Made by a program: the position numbers and the translations under genes. The notes beneath the pieces are model-generated. The model did no database searches. It had not been told where the DNA came from and worked only from the letters and a program-made list of their open reading frames with translations. A stretch of 62,583 nucleotides of DNA, the filler included, from Stramenopiles sp. TOSAG23-3 (Eukaryota): assembly GCA_900128585.1 (NCBI GenBank). It is 12 parts of 12 records of this genome, joined end to end, with 100 filler letters (N's around TTAATTAATTAA, not from the genome) between each part and the next. Parts side by side here need not be neighbours in the genome. Positions count along the whole stretch, not along the records: positions 26,203 to 31,327 come from LT643604.1; positions 31,428 to 36,546 come from LT643605.1; positions 36,647 to 41,759 come from LT643606.1; positions 41,860 to 46,972 come from LT643607.1; 8 more parts are not named here. One strand, given 5' to 3'. This document shows positions 31,327-42,491 of this stretch, piece after piece (the first letter of the stretch is position 1; every line of letters starts with the position of its first letter).

Positions 31327-31622
31327 TNNNNNNNNNNNNNNNNNNNNNNNNNNNNNNNNNNNNNNNNNNNNTTAATTAATTAANNNNNNNNNNNNNNNNN
31401 NNNNNNNNNNNNNNNNNNNNNNNNNNNACAAATGTAGTAATAATAATTATTAATCTGTCTATGTATTAGTGAAACGTTTCATTTGCTTTGAAAGTTTACT
31501 TTTTGGAAAAATACTGCTTAGGAGAATAAACATAACAAGAAAAACGACAATCTCATTTGAAAGCGAATTTTTTCAAGTTAGCTATTTGTTTTAAGTCTTG
31601 CGGCTATTGCACAGAAAGAAAT

Positions 31623-34600
31623 ATGACTGAGTGGTACTATGTAGACGCTGACCGCCAGCAAGCTGGCCCTCGCGAGGTTGGTGAAATGAAAACACTGTGG
31701 GAGAAGAAGACCATTGATGCGGACACATTGGTTTGGAACGAGGACCAGGAGGGGTGGAAAACGATAGAATCCATCCCGGGGCTACTTAAAGCACTTCGCC
31801 AAGCAACACGACGGCCCTCGGTCGCTCCTCCCCCAGTACCAAAAGTTCCCACAAAACTCAAAGCCCCAGAGAAATCTCCTCGGCAAAGTGTTAAAAAGGT
31901 TTCCAACGATAAAGAAAAGGGGAGTAAGAGCCCAGTGGCACCCGCAAAAAAAAAGAGCCCAGCGGCACCCGCAAAAAAGAGCCCCACTGCGCCCGCAGCC
32001 TCCCCAAAGGCAAAAGCAAAAAGAAGTAAAAGCAAGGCCAGCCCCAAAATGGCACTTAAAGAAGACGGCTGGAACGAAATTTTTACCCCGAACGGAGTTC
32101 CCTACTATCTTCACGGGAAAACTGGCGAATTAAGCTGGGACAAACCGCCTGAGCTCGCGGGGGATGAGGATGAAAACGAAAAGGCTGAAAATTGGTTGTT
32201 TGTTACGGATCCAGAGGAAGGGTATATTCCTCTAAAGGTCACCGGGGACGGCCAAGGCATGACCCTTCATGGGCGTAGGAAAACGTACGTAGAAAAAGAT
32301 GTGTATGAAAAAATCACCGCAAAAAGTCTCCTCCTAAAACTAGAAGATGACCTTGTTCACATGAAAGAGGTCAACGAAGCTACTATTACCCACTGCCTTA
32401 GGGAGCGCTTCTTAAAGGATCAAATATATACGTCGATTGGGGACATCATTATCTCCATCAATCCTTGGAAAGGTTTGCCGTTGTACACCCCAGAGATTAT
32501 TGATCAGTACGCTCATCATAGTGGGGAAAAGCTTCCGCCCCACGTGTTTGATACTGCGAGGCGCTCGTATGCCGAGGTGGTCGATCATCAAGGGAAAGTA
32601 AGCGTGCTTATTAGTGGTGAAAGTGGTGCTGGAAAAACTGAAGCAACGAAGCAGATTCTAACCTACTTGTCTGAGGTCGCCGGTGGAACTAGCAACATTG
32701 CAGCGAAGCTTCTTGCAGCAAATCCAGTTCTCGAGGCATTCGGGAACGCGAAAACCCTTCGGAACAACAATAGTAGTCGCTTCGGTAAGTACATGCAAGT
32801 ATACTTTGATGCACAGTCCCGCATTGAGTCTTGCTATATTAAGAACTATCTGCTGGAAGGCAGTAGGCTAGTCCTTCAGCCAAATGGAGAGCGGTCCTTT
32901 CATATCTTCTATCAGTTGTGTGCTGGGCTAAACGAGAAAACCAAGGATTTTCTTAAACTTGGAGACGCACGAGACTATGCGTATTTAAATTCCAGCGGTT
33001 GCATTAAGATCGATGGGATGGATGATAAAGAAGAATTTGAAGACGTGGAAGCTGCGCTGACGAATCTAGGCTTTGGAGACGACGAGCGCACAAGCATGCT
33101 GAAAATTTCCGCTGCGGTATTGCACCTTGGGAACGTCATCTTTGAGTCCATCGAAGGAGAAAGCGGCCACGTTTCAAAGATCGCAGATTCGAGTAGTAAT
33201 GGCCTGAGCATTATCTCCTCTTTGCTGGGGGTAGATGTAAACGACCTGAAGCGGGTGTTGATCCAGAGACAGATTACTCTCCGCGGCGAAACGATGTCGG
33301 TAGAACTAAGCAAAGAGAAAGCGGAGCATGGGCGCGATGCATTTGCTAAAAAAATTTATGGCTTTCTATTCAACTGGATAGTCCAGAGAATAAACAAGTC
33401 AATGTCTTCTCGCCAGATTGCAGACAAGCAAAATGATGACGATGATCAGGCAGCGTATGTCGGAATACTGGACATCTTTGGCTTTGAAATTTTTGAAGTG
33501 AACAGTTTTGAGCAGCTTTGTATTAATTTTTGTAACGAAAAGTTGCAGCAACATTTCAACACAAATACATTCAGGTCGGAGGAAGAACTTTACCTGCGTG
33601 AAGGGATCCCTTTCGACCATATTGAATACAAAGATAACCAAGATGTTTTGGACCTTATCGAAAAGAAACCCTCTGGTATCTTGGTAGTCCTCGACGATGA
33701 GGTCTCGGTTCCTCGTGGCAGCGACAAATCTTTTCTAAACAAGCTATCTAAACGCCAAAAAAAACACCCGAGGTTTGTTGCAAATCAACGGGCGAGGAAC
33801 AAGTTCGGTGTTAATCATTACGCCGGAAAAGTGGAATACACGATAGACAATTTCTGTGAAAAGAACAAGGATCGCCTAGAAGAAGATGTCGCGTCGATGC
33901 TTACTGAATCGAAAGAACCCCTTGTCGAAGAAATTATGTCGGAGACAAAGACTATGTTAGACTTGAAAAAGAAAGGAATGTCCACCACTCGTGCAACCCG
34001 TTACCGCACAAGAACACAAGGAGGACAATTTCGTCTGAGTTTGAACAGTCTAATGGCTGCACTGAATACCACAAAACCTTATTACGTCAGATGTGTGAAG
34101 AGCAATAACATAAAGAAGCCAGGCGTTTTCAATGGTAAGATGTGTTTAGAGCAGTTACGATATGCTGGTGTTTTTGAGGCCGTTCGTATCCGCATGCAAG
34201 GTTACCCTTTCCGTTACGACCACGAGCACTTTTTCAAGCGATTTAAATGCCTGGCTCCACCACCTGACAAGATGATTGACAGCTTAAATGGGTGTCAATA
34301 CGTCATTGAAAAACTTTCTAGAGTTGACAAAGATCTGAGAAAGTGCCACGTTGGCCACTCCATGGTTCTGTACCGATCAAAACAGAATGCAATACTCGAA
34401 TTGCGCCGAGTTAACCTGGTAAGGGAGAAAGTTGTCGTTCTGCAATGTGCCTGGCGGGGAGTCAGAGGTCGTCGTCTGGTCAAAGCTATTCGTTTTCACG
34501 TTCCTATTCTAGAAAAAGCCATCGCAAAACGGGACAAAGGCGAACTGGAAACCGCAATCAACAATGCCAGTGGGCTTTGGTTTGAGCCCCGAGTGTATAA

Positions 34601-36476
34601 GAGCGCCGTTTTCATATTGCAGAATTTAGAAAAAGAAGTCCGAATTCGGAAGGAATTGTCAACTTTGGAAACGATGGACCCAGATAAGAATTACGAAGAA
34701 TTTCAAGAAGTGGTGAACAAAGTCAAAGATATACAAAAGCACGACAACGGGGCGTTCCAGGATGATCTATCTATTCGAGTCGTGGAAATTTTCTCTACAG
34801 TAGAAGAGCGACGTGAGGTCATCAAAGATTTAAAATTGAGCACAAAAAATATAGACAAGGATGGGCTTGAAGGCGCGTTGGAACGCTTAGAAGCCGTCAA
34901 AGAAAGGTGGGGTAATGATTTCTGTGCAGCCGAGGAAAGAGAAGCCCAGCGTGCTCTTGAACGCGTGCGAAAAGAAGAGCAATATGCACGTGAAATAATG
35001 GACTTTGTCACAAAGGAAGGTGTGACCGGCGAGGCTGGTGCACTCTCTACAAACACGAGTGTCGCCGTGCATTTAAAGGAGTCTATAGACGTTCTTGAGA
35101 AGTTTGAAGCTCACGTACCGGCAGCAATTGAGGCACTGAAACAGGGCCGAATTGTATTGACTATGAGGGAAATGGTGGCCACTGCTCTTGCTTCCGAAGA
35201 ATCCATAGATAGTTCTGTTTGGAATGATGTTCAAAATGCTGTTGCAGCTGCAAATGAAATAGAATTTGTGGCAACAGAAGTGAACCTCATCAAGGAAGAA
35301 ATTGCCTTACGGAGCAAAATTGACGATGTCGTCAAAAAGCTGGAAGTGTCGCTGGAAGAGCGGGAGGAAGAACGCTTGGTTTTGTGCCTTGAACAGGGGC
35401 TTGCACTTGGTTTGCCCACCCACAGCAACGGCAGGTACCGAGAGATATATTACGATGCACAAAGAATTGCCCAGCAGTTGGGAGAAATCCGGTCTATTCT
35501 TGAGGACGGCATGAGGACCAAGAATATTAAGAAGCTAAATGCCGGTATAGAAAAAGCCAATAAAATCAAATTCACCTCCTCGAGTGTTAGGAAAGCGCAA
35601 GGAATCTTGGATGAAATCAGGCGAACGACTGTGTTTGGCGATAATGCTATTGAAAGCGCAAACATTACCGAACTTCGAATATTTTTGGAACGTTGCATTG
35701 CCCAAAAGTTGAATCTTCCTAAACGCCAGACGCGTGCAAAAGAAATCCTTGCTTTGCCAGAATCAAAACTGTTGCAGCTGCAATTGAAGTGTGCACTAAA
35801 AAAGGAAGAAATGGGGCGGGTGACTGAAATTACTCTAAGAATCAAAGAAATATTTTTTCTTGAGCATGGGGGTAAATTTCAGTTTTCTTCGTTTATAAAT
35901 TTGAAGAGGCGCTCTCAGTTTGCGAAACGATATGGTGTAAGCCAAGATCATCTGCGCAGAAATATGCTGCAGTGGACCGACGAGCCTATCCACACTTCTT
36001 TGACGAATATGGACGACCTAGAATGCAAACGCCTTGCCACTCGGTATTTTAAGAATATCTTAGGCTACATGGGTGATCGACAGTATTCGTACCCAGTACT
36101 TCTAGGGCACGAAGTAATACAGGCAGGGATTGAGCACGTTGGGTTGAGAGATGAAATTTACTGTCAAATGACCAAACAGCTCATTAAAAACCCAAGTCCA
36201 GCGTCTCAGCGACGAGGTTGGAATCTCATGGCTTTGGCTCTGTCGTCGTTCCCACCTTCGGACGAGTTGGAAAATTTCCTAGAAATGTTTTTGCGTGAAA
36301 ATGACCAACTGCGGTCTGTTCGAAAGTTGCACAAAATAATATTTGGTGGGGCGTTGCCAGAAGCAATTAGTTTAGGGCATATGGAGAGAATACAATCGAA
36401 AGGCGCCAGATTTTCAATCGTGGAGCGAGGTGAGGGTAAAAATCATCGGTTTTCTGTTGCTATGGGGAAAGATTAA
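31623..36476 (+). CDS. Unconventional myosin: GYF-like + WW + motor + IQ + helical tail + MyTH4
   Basis: EWYYVD..QAGP...TLVWNEDQEGW; WNEIFTPNGVPYY...SWDKP; GESGAGKT, LEAFGNAKTLRNNNSSRFGK, DIFGFE; RDEIYCQMTKQL (MyTH4). Confidence 0.95.
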   Translation: MTEWYYVDADRQQAGPREVGEMKTLWEKKTIDADTLVWNEDQEGWKTIESIPGLLKALRQATRRPSVAPPPVPKVPTKLKAPEKSPRQSVKKVSNDKEKGSKSPVAPAKKKSPAAPAKKSPTAPAASPKAKAKRSKSKASPKMALKEDGWNEIFTPNGVPYYLHGKTGELSWDKPPELAGDEDENEKAENWLFVTDPEEGYIPLKVTGDGQGMTLHGRRKTYVEKDVYEKITAKSLLLKLEDDLVHMKEVNEATITHCLRERFLKDQIYTSIGDIIISINPWKGLPLYTPEIIDQYAHHSGEKLPPHVFDTARRSYAEVVDHQGKVSVLISGESGAGKTEATKQILTYLSEVAGGTSNIAAKLLAANPVLEAFGNAKTLRNNNSSRFGKYMQVYFDAQSRIESCYIKNYLLEGSRLVLQPNGERSFHIFYQLCAGLNEKTKDFLKLGDARDYAYLNSSGCIKIDGMDDKEEFEDVEAALTNLGFGDDERTSMLKISAAVLHLGNVIFESIEGESGHVSKIADSSSNGLSIISSLLGVDVNDLKRVLIQRQITLRGETMSVELSKEKAEHGRDAFAKKIYGFLFNWIVQRINKSMSSRQIADKQNDDDDQAAYVGILDIFGFEIFEVNSFEQLCINFCNEKLQQHFNTNTFRSEEELYLREGIPFDHIEYKDNQDVLDLIEKKPSGILVVLDDEVSVPRGSDKSFLNKLSKRQKKHPRFVANQRARNKFGVNHYAGKVEYTIDNFCEKNKDRLEEDVASMLTESKEPLVEEIMSETKTMLDLKKKGMSTTRATRYRTRTQGGQFRLSLNSLMAALNTTKPYYVRCVKSNNIKKPGVFNGKMCLEQLRYAGVFEAVRIRMQGYPFRYDHEHFFKRFKCLAPPPDKMIDSLNGCQYVIEKLSRVDKDLRKCHVGHSMVLYRSKQNAILELRRVNLVREKVVVLQCAWRGVRGRRLVKAIRFHVPILEKAIAKRDKGELETAINNASGLWFEPRVYKSAVFILQNLEKEVRIRKELSTLETMDPDKNYEEFQEVVNKVKDIQKHDNGAFQDDLSIRVVEIFSTVEERREVIKDLKLSTKNIDKDGLEGALERLEAVKERWGNDFCAAEEREAQRALERVRKEEQYAREIMDFVTKEGVTGEAGALSTNTSVAVHLKESIDVLEKFEAHVPAAIEALKQGRIVLTMREMVATALASEESIDSSVWNDVQNAVAAANEIEFVATEVNLIKEEIALRSKIDDVVKKLEVSLEEREEERLVLCLEQGLALGLPTHSNGRYREIYYDAQRIAQQLGEIRSILEDGMRTKNIKKLNAGIEKANKIKFTSSSVRKAQGILDEIRRTTVFGDNAIESANITELRIFLERCIAQKLNLPKRQTRAKEILALPESKLLQLQLKCALKKEEMGRVTEITLRIKEIFFLEHGGKFQFSSFINLKRRSQFAKRYGVSQDHLRRNMLQWTDEPIHTSLTNMDDLECKRLATRYFKNILGYMGDRQYSYPVLLGHEVIQAGIEHVGLRDEIYCQMTKQLIKNPSPASQRRGWNLMALALSSFPPSDELENFLEMFLRENDQLRSVRKLHKIIFGGALPEAISLGHMERIQSKGARFSIVERGEGKNHRFSVAMGKD

Positions 36477-37105
36477 TTTTTCTCCCTCGTTTATGTTATT
36501 CTAGTAAAATATCTGTTAGTTGTACCGAAAATTCAGTTAAAATTAANNNNNNNNNNNNNNNNNNNNNNNNNNNNNNNNNNNNNNNNNNNNTTAATTAATT
36601 AANNNNNNNNNNNNNNNNNNNNNNNNNNNNNNNNNNNNNNNNNNNNATGCTCTCTTACGTTTTACAAATTTCCTATGGAACAAAATCGATAATGAAACAT
36701 GTATTTATAGTCCGTGTCGTTGGGGATGATTGACATTTGTTTTGTATTAAATTATTTTATATATTTTATTTTTTATTATCCGTTATTTTTTTCCTCCATA
36801 TTTTATACCCTCCTTATTATACTTAATAATCCCCCTTCTCTTCTTCTCCTCGTTCCCCCGTCCCACCTTCCCCTACCTTCCCTCCCTGACCACCACCGCC
36901 GTAACAAACTTATATTGCACATTTTACATTTCTTCTTTTTGTTCAGAAACCAACGGACGGACAAATGGTGAATGGAATTTGAGACATAGAATCACTTTAT
37001 TTTTCATAAACAGTTTCTTCATCCCTGCATTTCATTTGAAAAAACATTGTAGTTGAGACCTTTATTTGTCTTTCCACATTCTGGAATTTTAAAAAAGAGA
37101 ACAGA

Positions 37106-40100
37106 ATGTCTGCCTCTTCGGAGAAATTTCTTCAGCTGTTTCGTGACTTTCGCGACAAAAACGATGCCTTGTCGCCGCATGGGCAAAACTTGTCTGACAT
37201 AGAGCTAAAACACATCATGCGTATGGTAAACATAGTAGAGTTCAAGCCGTACGAGTGTTTGATCAACAAAGGCGAAGAGGCCAGCTGGGTTGGGTTTTTG
37301 CTCTCTGGGGTGCTGAGCGTGCTGGACGACAAGGATCAGCATGAAATCACGACGCTGCACCCCGGCGCGTTCGTGGGCGAAATGGCGTTGCTAGAAGGCG
37401 GGTACCGCTCCGCAGAAGTCATGGGAAAGGCACCGGAGGGCGCGGACGAGGACACCTTTGTCGGCACCATAGCCATTCTTCGCTTTGACCTCATAGACAA
37501 CATGCACGAGGTTTACCCCGCGCTCGCGTACAAACTACTCATGGCATTCGCATCCGATGGCATGGGCAAGCTTCGTCGGACCATCGATCTGAAGAGTGGA
37601 AAGAAGCAAAAGCGGAAGAGCACGTTTCGTCGAATGGGGCAGATGGAAAAGAATATAAACAAGCAAGGGAAAGACAAGAAGTGGGAAGAGCTTGCGAAGA
37701 AAGAAATCATATACAGGCAGAAGATTGTAAAGATGAAAACCGAAGAGTCTCAGCGGGAGCAAGACCTGTTGGTGGCCAACGAGGAGCATGAGACCGAGAT
37801 GATGGCGCTCAAACATAAGCTGGACAACGAGCGGCACATTGCAAAACGATCGAAGAAACAAATGAACATGCTCAAAGACGAGCTGAAGGCTGCCCACGCA
37901 GAGCTGCACGAACTGCAGGGCCTGCGAAAGCAAATGATGTCGTCCGACCACGGGGAGAAACTGCACAGGTTACAGCGAAAATCAAGCTTGGTCTCGGCGC
38001 AATTGCAGACCGCGGTCCAGCAGAAAGAGCGATGGAGGAAAAAGGCCTTGGAGCGAGAGGAAGCAATGAGCCATCACCGGCGACTGTCGACCCAGCTGAA
38101 GACGAAGCTGGGTGAGTTTGACGCAAAGTACGCGCAGCTGAAAGCGGAACGGGACAGCCTCATGGAGCAGGCAGAGCTGTACAAGAGGCTGCACGGCGAC
38201 CACGCCCTCCTGGGGGACCAGCTTGCGAAAACATTGCAAGAATTGGCAGCGTTGAAGAAACGACTCGCCGCCCAGGAAGAGTACATAAAACAGCTCATCG
38301 AGAAACTGACGACCAACAAAAGAAGCCACGATCGAGCATGCCGCTGGCTCACCAACCTGATCAAACAGCTCTCGCACAAGCTAAAGTTCAAGCGCACACT
38401 TTTGGACGGCTACGTGGAATGGGCCCGTCGATCGATGCAGTCCACCCAAGAAGCGTTGCGCGGAAGAACCGTAGACGTCGGGAACTTGAACACGGTCATT
38501 AAGATTATGAACGAAAAGCAAAGGCAGCACAAGCGGAAAATCATCAACTTGCTTGCCAATATGAGGAAACGGATCAAAGATCTCACGGAGAGCAACGCGG
38601 CCCTCGCGTCGTCGAACGGCACGCTGCAGGGAGGGTTAATAGCCACGTACAACAAGCTCATGAGTATGAAACAGTTGAATTGTCTTTTGGCGCTTCACAC
38701 GATGAGGGAGACCAAGCTGCTGAACGAGCGGATAGCCCACTTTCAGCACGAGCGCGAAGGGCTTCTTTTGGCCAGGGACAAAGCGGAGTCAAGCCTGAGC
38801 GTTTGCAAGCGACAGAGGGAGGGCGAGAAGATGTACTTGAACGATAGAATAGACCATTTGTGCCGTGAACTGAAGGAGCAGAAAGAGCGCCACAAAGAAG
38901 AGCAGGACACTGCCAAAAGGGAACACGGCACCCTAAAAGAAAAGTACGATGCTTGTCAATCAGCGACTATCGCACCGTTAACGCTTCGCGCAGCAGACCT
39001 TGAAGAGCAGAACAAAATGTTGAAACAGGCCCATGCCACCTTGCAGCGCGAGCACGACCACGTGCTGAAGGAATACCGCAGCAAAGAAAAGCTGCAACTG
39101 GACATGGTGAACGAGGCCGAATCACTGCAAAGGGAGGCCGAGAAGAAAACAAACTACGTCCTGCATCGGTTGCGGGCGTCCGAGGCAAGACGGATAGAGC
39201 TAGAGAACGGTTTCGGCAAGGCGTACACGCCGAGCCACGACGTTGTTCGACTTATGGAAGAAGTGAACGAGATATCCCACAAAACTTTCCGGCGGCGCGG
39301 AAAAGGGAGGAAGAAACGGCCACAAACGACCAGCACGTCCGCCATGGCGCACAGGGGCGGGGCGGTGTCGCCCCCCCGCACGGCGCTGGTGTCGCCCCAC
39401 AAGTCCTGGCAGAGCCCGTTCAAGAAACGAATCGAACAGTCGCAGCAAAGCCAGAAGCGGGGAATTCGGTTTTCCAGCACCGCCCCCCGGCCGCACTCGG
39501 CAGCGATGCTGCAATCCTACAAGAATCGACTGGACGCCCGAATGTCAAACAAGTACAGGAATGGCACCCTGGATGCCCTCAGCACCCACAGCCGGGTCGG
39601 ACTGGGCGAGTCCCTGTTAGACAACTCGGAATCCTGCCGGTTTAAGAACCATGGGGTGGTCGTCCTGCTCGTCGATTCCGACGAGAAGAACTTGGCGGCA
39701 ATGCACGACATGCTACACAGCTCGGGGTTCTGCTCGCGGCACGCCCGTAACATGAAAGAGGTAAAGGACGCGCTGGACGAGTTTCCGTTCGACATTGTCG
39801 TCTCCCGCCAGCTGTTCGGGACTGGGAAGGCCGCCAACCATTCCGCCCTAGAACTGCTCCAGTACATTTACGAAGAGGCCACGCACCGGGCGGAGCGGGT
39901 CATGCTGAAAAAAGTGGAGCGCACTCCCAAGAACACGCCCTACCACACTTTTCTTAAACTGAAGCAGAGCAGTATCGTTCAAGACTTGAGCGTAAGGAGC
40001 GTTTTGAGTCGGATCCCAAAAGTGATCGTGCTGCAAGACTTTGTCGCGAACCAGACGTTCGAAAGGGCCAATTTTGTCCACCGTGCCAGCGGGTGTTTTG

Positions 40101-40336
40101 AGTTTCTTTCGATGGGTCGGCAGCAAGGCTCGGACATCAACGAGTGCGTCCAAAAGGCGATTTCTTTATCTTCCGTTAACACCGAACGTATCACCCAGCG
40201 CCCCGAAGTGCAGAAAGAGCGCCCTCGCCTGTCTCGCCCGGTGTCCAGCAATTCGAGTCGGAAAATCGCGACACGGACGCCCCCCCCCACGGTCGGCCCT
40301 CAGCAGGACCCCGTCCTCCTCCATGCGTGGGTTTAG
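37106..40336 (+). CDS. Cyclic-nucleotide-binding domain + long coiled coil + receiver-like domain protein
   Basis: LINKGEEA...LHPGAFVGEMALLEGGYRSA (CNB); several hundred residues of coiled coil; VVLLVDSD...FPFDIVVS resembles a REC domain. Confidence 0.8.
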   Translation: MSASSEKFLQLFRDFRDKNDALSPHGQNLSDIELKHIMRMVNIVEFKPYECLINKGEEASWVGFLLSGVLSVLDDKDQHEITTLHPGAFVGEMALLEGGYRSAEVMGKAPEGADEDTFVGTIAILRFDLIDNMHEVYPALAYKLLMAFASDGMGKLRRTIDLKSGKKQKRKSTFRRMGQMEKNINKQGKDKKWEELAKKEIIYRQKIVKMKTEESQREQDLLVANEEHETEMMALKHKLDNERHIAKRSKKQMNMLKDELKAAHAELHELQGLRKQMMSSDHGEKLHRLQRKSSLVSAQLQTAVQQKERWRKKALEREEAMSHHRRLSTQLKTKLGEFDAKYAQLKAERDSLMEQAELYKRLHGDHALLGDQLAKTLQELAALKKRLAAQEEYIKQLIEKLTTNKRSHDRACRWLTNLIKQLSHKLKFKRTLLDGYVEWARRSMQSTQEALRGRTVDVGNLNTVIKIMNEKQRQHKRKIINLLANMRKRIKDLTESNAALASSNGTLQGGLIATYNKLMSMKQLNCLLALHTMRETKLLNERIAHFQHEREGLLLARDKAESSLSVCKRQREGEKMYLNDRIDHLCRELKEQKERHKEEQDTAKREHGTLKEKYDACQSATIAPLTLRAADLEEQNKMLKQAHATLQREHDHVLKEYRSKEKLQLDMVNEAESLQREAEKKTNYVLHRLRASEARRIELENGFGKAYTPSHDVVRLMEEVNEISHKTFRRRGKGRKKRPQTTSTSAMAHRGGAVSPPRTALVSPHKSWQSPFKKRIEQSQQSQKRGIRFSSTAPRPHSAAMLQSYKNRLDARMSNKYRNGTLDALSTHSRVGLGESLLDNSESCRFKNHGVVVLLVDSDEKNLAAMHDMLHSSGFCSRHARNMKEVKDALDEFPFDIVVSRQLFGTGKAANHSALELLQYIYEEATHRAERVMLKKVERTPKNTPYHTFLKLKQSSIVQDLSVRSVLSRIPKVIVLQDFVANQTFERANFVHRASGCFEFLSMGRQQGSDINECVQKAISLSSVNTERITQRPEVQKERPRLSRPVSSNSSRKIATRTPPPTVGPQQDPVLLHAWV

Positions 40337-40572
40337 CGATGACCACACGGCATTTAACGATCTGGACGACATGAACACGCTAGGAGTGTACGAAGACAGC
40401 GACCAAGCGCATCATGAGATGGACAGTGTGATGGAGAAGTCGCTCGGGCGAGGGGGGTACCGGCAAAGGAAAGACTGATGTTCGAAGAACAGGGGGCGAG
40501 ATGTACTTCTCATAATATGCACACACAAAATATATAAAACCAAATGTTTAAACCCGTTCCGTACTCACGTAA

Positions 40573-41613
40573 TCACTTAAACCCCAACCGGTTGAACCTG
40601 TCCAGCACTTCCTGCTCATTGGCGTATCGCCGGTTTGGCAGCCTGACTTTGTCCTGCTTTTTATACTTGCGCATCTGTTTTTTCACATTCTTATTAAAAC
40701 TAGGTTTCAGCCACTGCGACCTTGGGTCGTACACAGACGGGCTGTACGTATTTGGCGCCAGCACGGTCCGTTTCCATTCGATTTCTCGCGTTCTTTGCCC
40801 CGAGTTTCCATTGTCGAGTCCGTTGTATGGGTTGGAAATCAGTATATCGCCCACTATGTGCCCCTTGCTGTGAAAAGGAGACCGGGGCGTCGTCCCGAAC
40901 GTGGATGGGCGAGTGATGTGCGTGTTCGGCACAGACTCTGCATCGGGCTCTTCTATTGGCGCTGGGTTGTACTCTTCTGGCGACCCCTTCTGCTTGGGGA
41001 CAGGCTCGTCGATGCCCCCCTTGTCATCGTTCACCGTCGAGGGCAATCCCGTTTTTTCTAATTCACTGAAGAGATCCCTTGGCCCCAGCTTCATCTGGGC
41101 AATGAGACTGCTCGCAAGGCTGTTGCCACCCCCGCCGCGTTTGCCCTTTGCTCCTCCTTTCGCGTTGCCGTCGTTGTCTACCGCGTCCCTGCCTGCCTTG
41201 TCCCCGCTGGTCTTTATCGGCGAGCTTTTCGGCGTTTTGTAGCTCGGCGCGTTCGGGTCCACACTCCTGGGCTGGGCCGACTTCCCGGGTGTCTTCTTGC
41301 GCCGATTATTCCGCTTGCGGGCCAGGTGCGCATAATGCTTGTGCTGTCGAATGTCTCGCTTTTCTGGGGACAGGTATTTCTTCCGCGGAGAGATCCACTC
41401 TGGCTTTAGCCCAGTCGCGGTCTTGCCGTTGGGGACGTTTGCATTCAGTTTTCGGTTGGGCGTGTGGTACGGACGGTCGGACGTTTTCCCGTGAGGGGAT
41501 TGCCATATGTTAGTATTCAATCCCGGCCCCACGTGCGGGGACATGTGCTTTTGATTCCTGAAGTGTGCCTCAAAGAGGTCACGCTTGGATTTCGACAAAC
41601 TGAACGCGGCCAT
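40573..41613 (-). CDS. Hypothetical basic, low-complexity protein
   Basis: ATG at 41613; GC-rich coding-like ORF convergent with the upstream gene; no domain recognised. Confidence 0.6.
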   Translation of the reverse strand: MAAFSLSKSKRDLFEAHFRNQKHMSPHVGPGLNTNIWQSPHGKTSDRPYHTPNRKLNANVPNGKTATGLKPEWISPRKKYLSPEKRDIRQHKHYAHLARKRNNRRKKTPGKSAQPRSVDPNAPSYKTPKSSPIKTSGDKAGRDAVDNDGNAKGGAKGKRGGGGNSLASSLIAQMKLGPRDLFSELEKTGLPSTVNDDKGGIDEPVPKQKGSPEEYNPAPIEEPDAESVPNTHITRPSTFGTTPRSPFHSKGHIVGDILISNPYNGLDNGNSGQRTREIEWKRTVLAPNTYSPSVYDPRSQWLKPSFNKNVKKQMRKYKKQDKVRLPNRRYANEQEVLDRFNRLGFK

Positions 41614-41859
41614 AGATAAAGTCGAAGAAGGGTCTACACGATCAAATGGGTGCAGTGGAACAAGGGAAAGAGAACAAAACGGGATTAAAGACGTATTCAT
41701 CTATGTAATGACGATTTCATTATTAATCATTCTTTTCCAAAAGAGTATTATGCCATATANNNNNNNNNNNNNNNNNNNNNNNNNNNNNNNNNNNNNNNNN
41801 NNNTTAATTAATTAANNNNNNNNNNNNNNNNNNNNNNNNNNNNNNNNNNNNNNNNNNNN

Positions 41860-42270
41860 ATTGAGGAAACGGGCGCAATTCAAGTGATAGATACCCCAGG
41901 TATTCTATACCGGCCCGATCAAGAGCGAAACAATATAGAGAAATTGACGTTGGCGGTGCTCGACCACTCCTCGTCTACGATTGCTTTTGTAATGGACTTT
42001 TCGGGGTTTGGGATTCCAATTGAGGATCAGGTGAACATGCGCAATGAGCTGAAAGAAAAATACTGTGGCAGTGACGAAGCCGGCGAGAGTCGGCGATGGG
42101 TGGACGTTGTGTCGAAGTGTGATATCACGGAAGAAAGCATTGTTTCGAAAGTTCAACACGAAATGTTGGTGGACTGCTCCAGTATTTTTCGAACGTCAAC
42201 GGTTGATTTACAAGGAATCAACGATTTGCAGGGTGAGTTTCTCCGAGAGAATCGGTATTTTTGGGCGTAA
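41860..42270 (+). CDS. NOG1-family (Obg-like) GTPase, C-terminal part (5'-partial)
   Basis: QVIDTPGIL.RP..ERNNIE (G3, NOG1 signature), FVMDFSG, VVSKCD (G4); ends right after the G domain. Confidence 0.85.
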   Translation: MEETGAIQVIDTPGILYRPDQERNNIEKLTLAVLDHSSSTIAFVMDFSGFGIPIEDQVNMRNELKEKYCGSDEAGESRRWVDVVSKCDITEESIVSKVQHEMLVDCSSIFRTSTVDLQGINDLQGEFLRENRYFWA

Positions 42271-42491
42271 CATTTGTTGAAAAAAAAACACATTTGCATT
42301 AAACTCTTTTTGGTAAAAATTTAACACACACATTTTACACTCTTTTTTGTACGAAATACTCGTTACGGTGCTCGTACTAGCACACCCCACCTCCCCAAAA
42401 AAATTCGACACCCCGCACACTCGCAACAAAAACGCAGTAAATTTCCAAAAACCCTCCGCAACACAAAATTAAAAGCACCCCCCCTCGCTCT

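Noticed and set aside
40041-40478. 145-aa ORF overlapping the end of the CNB gene as a frameshifted extension
   Set aside because: No motif support or evident slippage site; the main ORF ends plausibly
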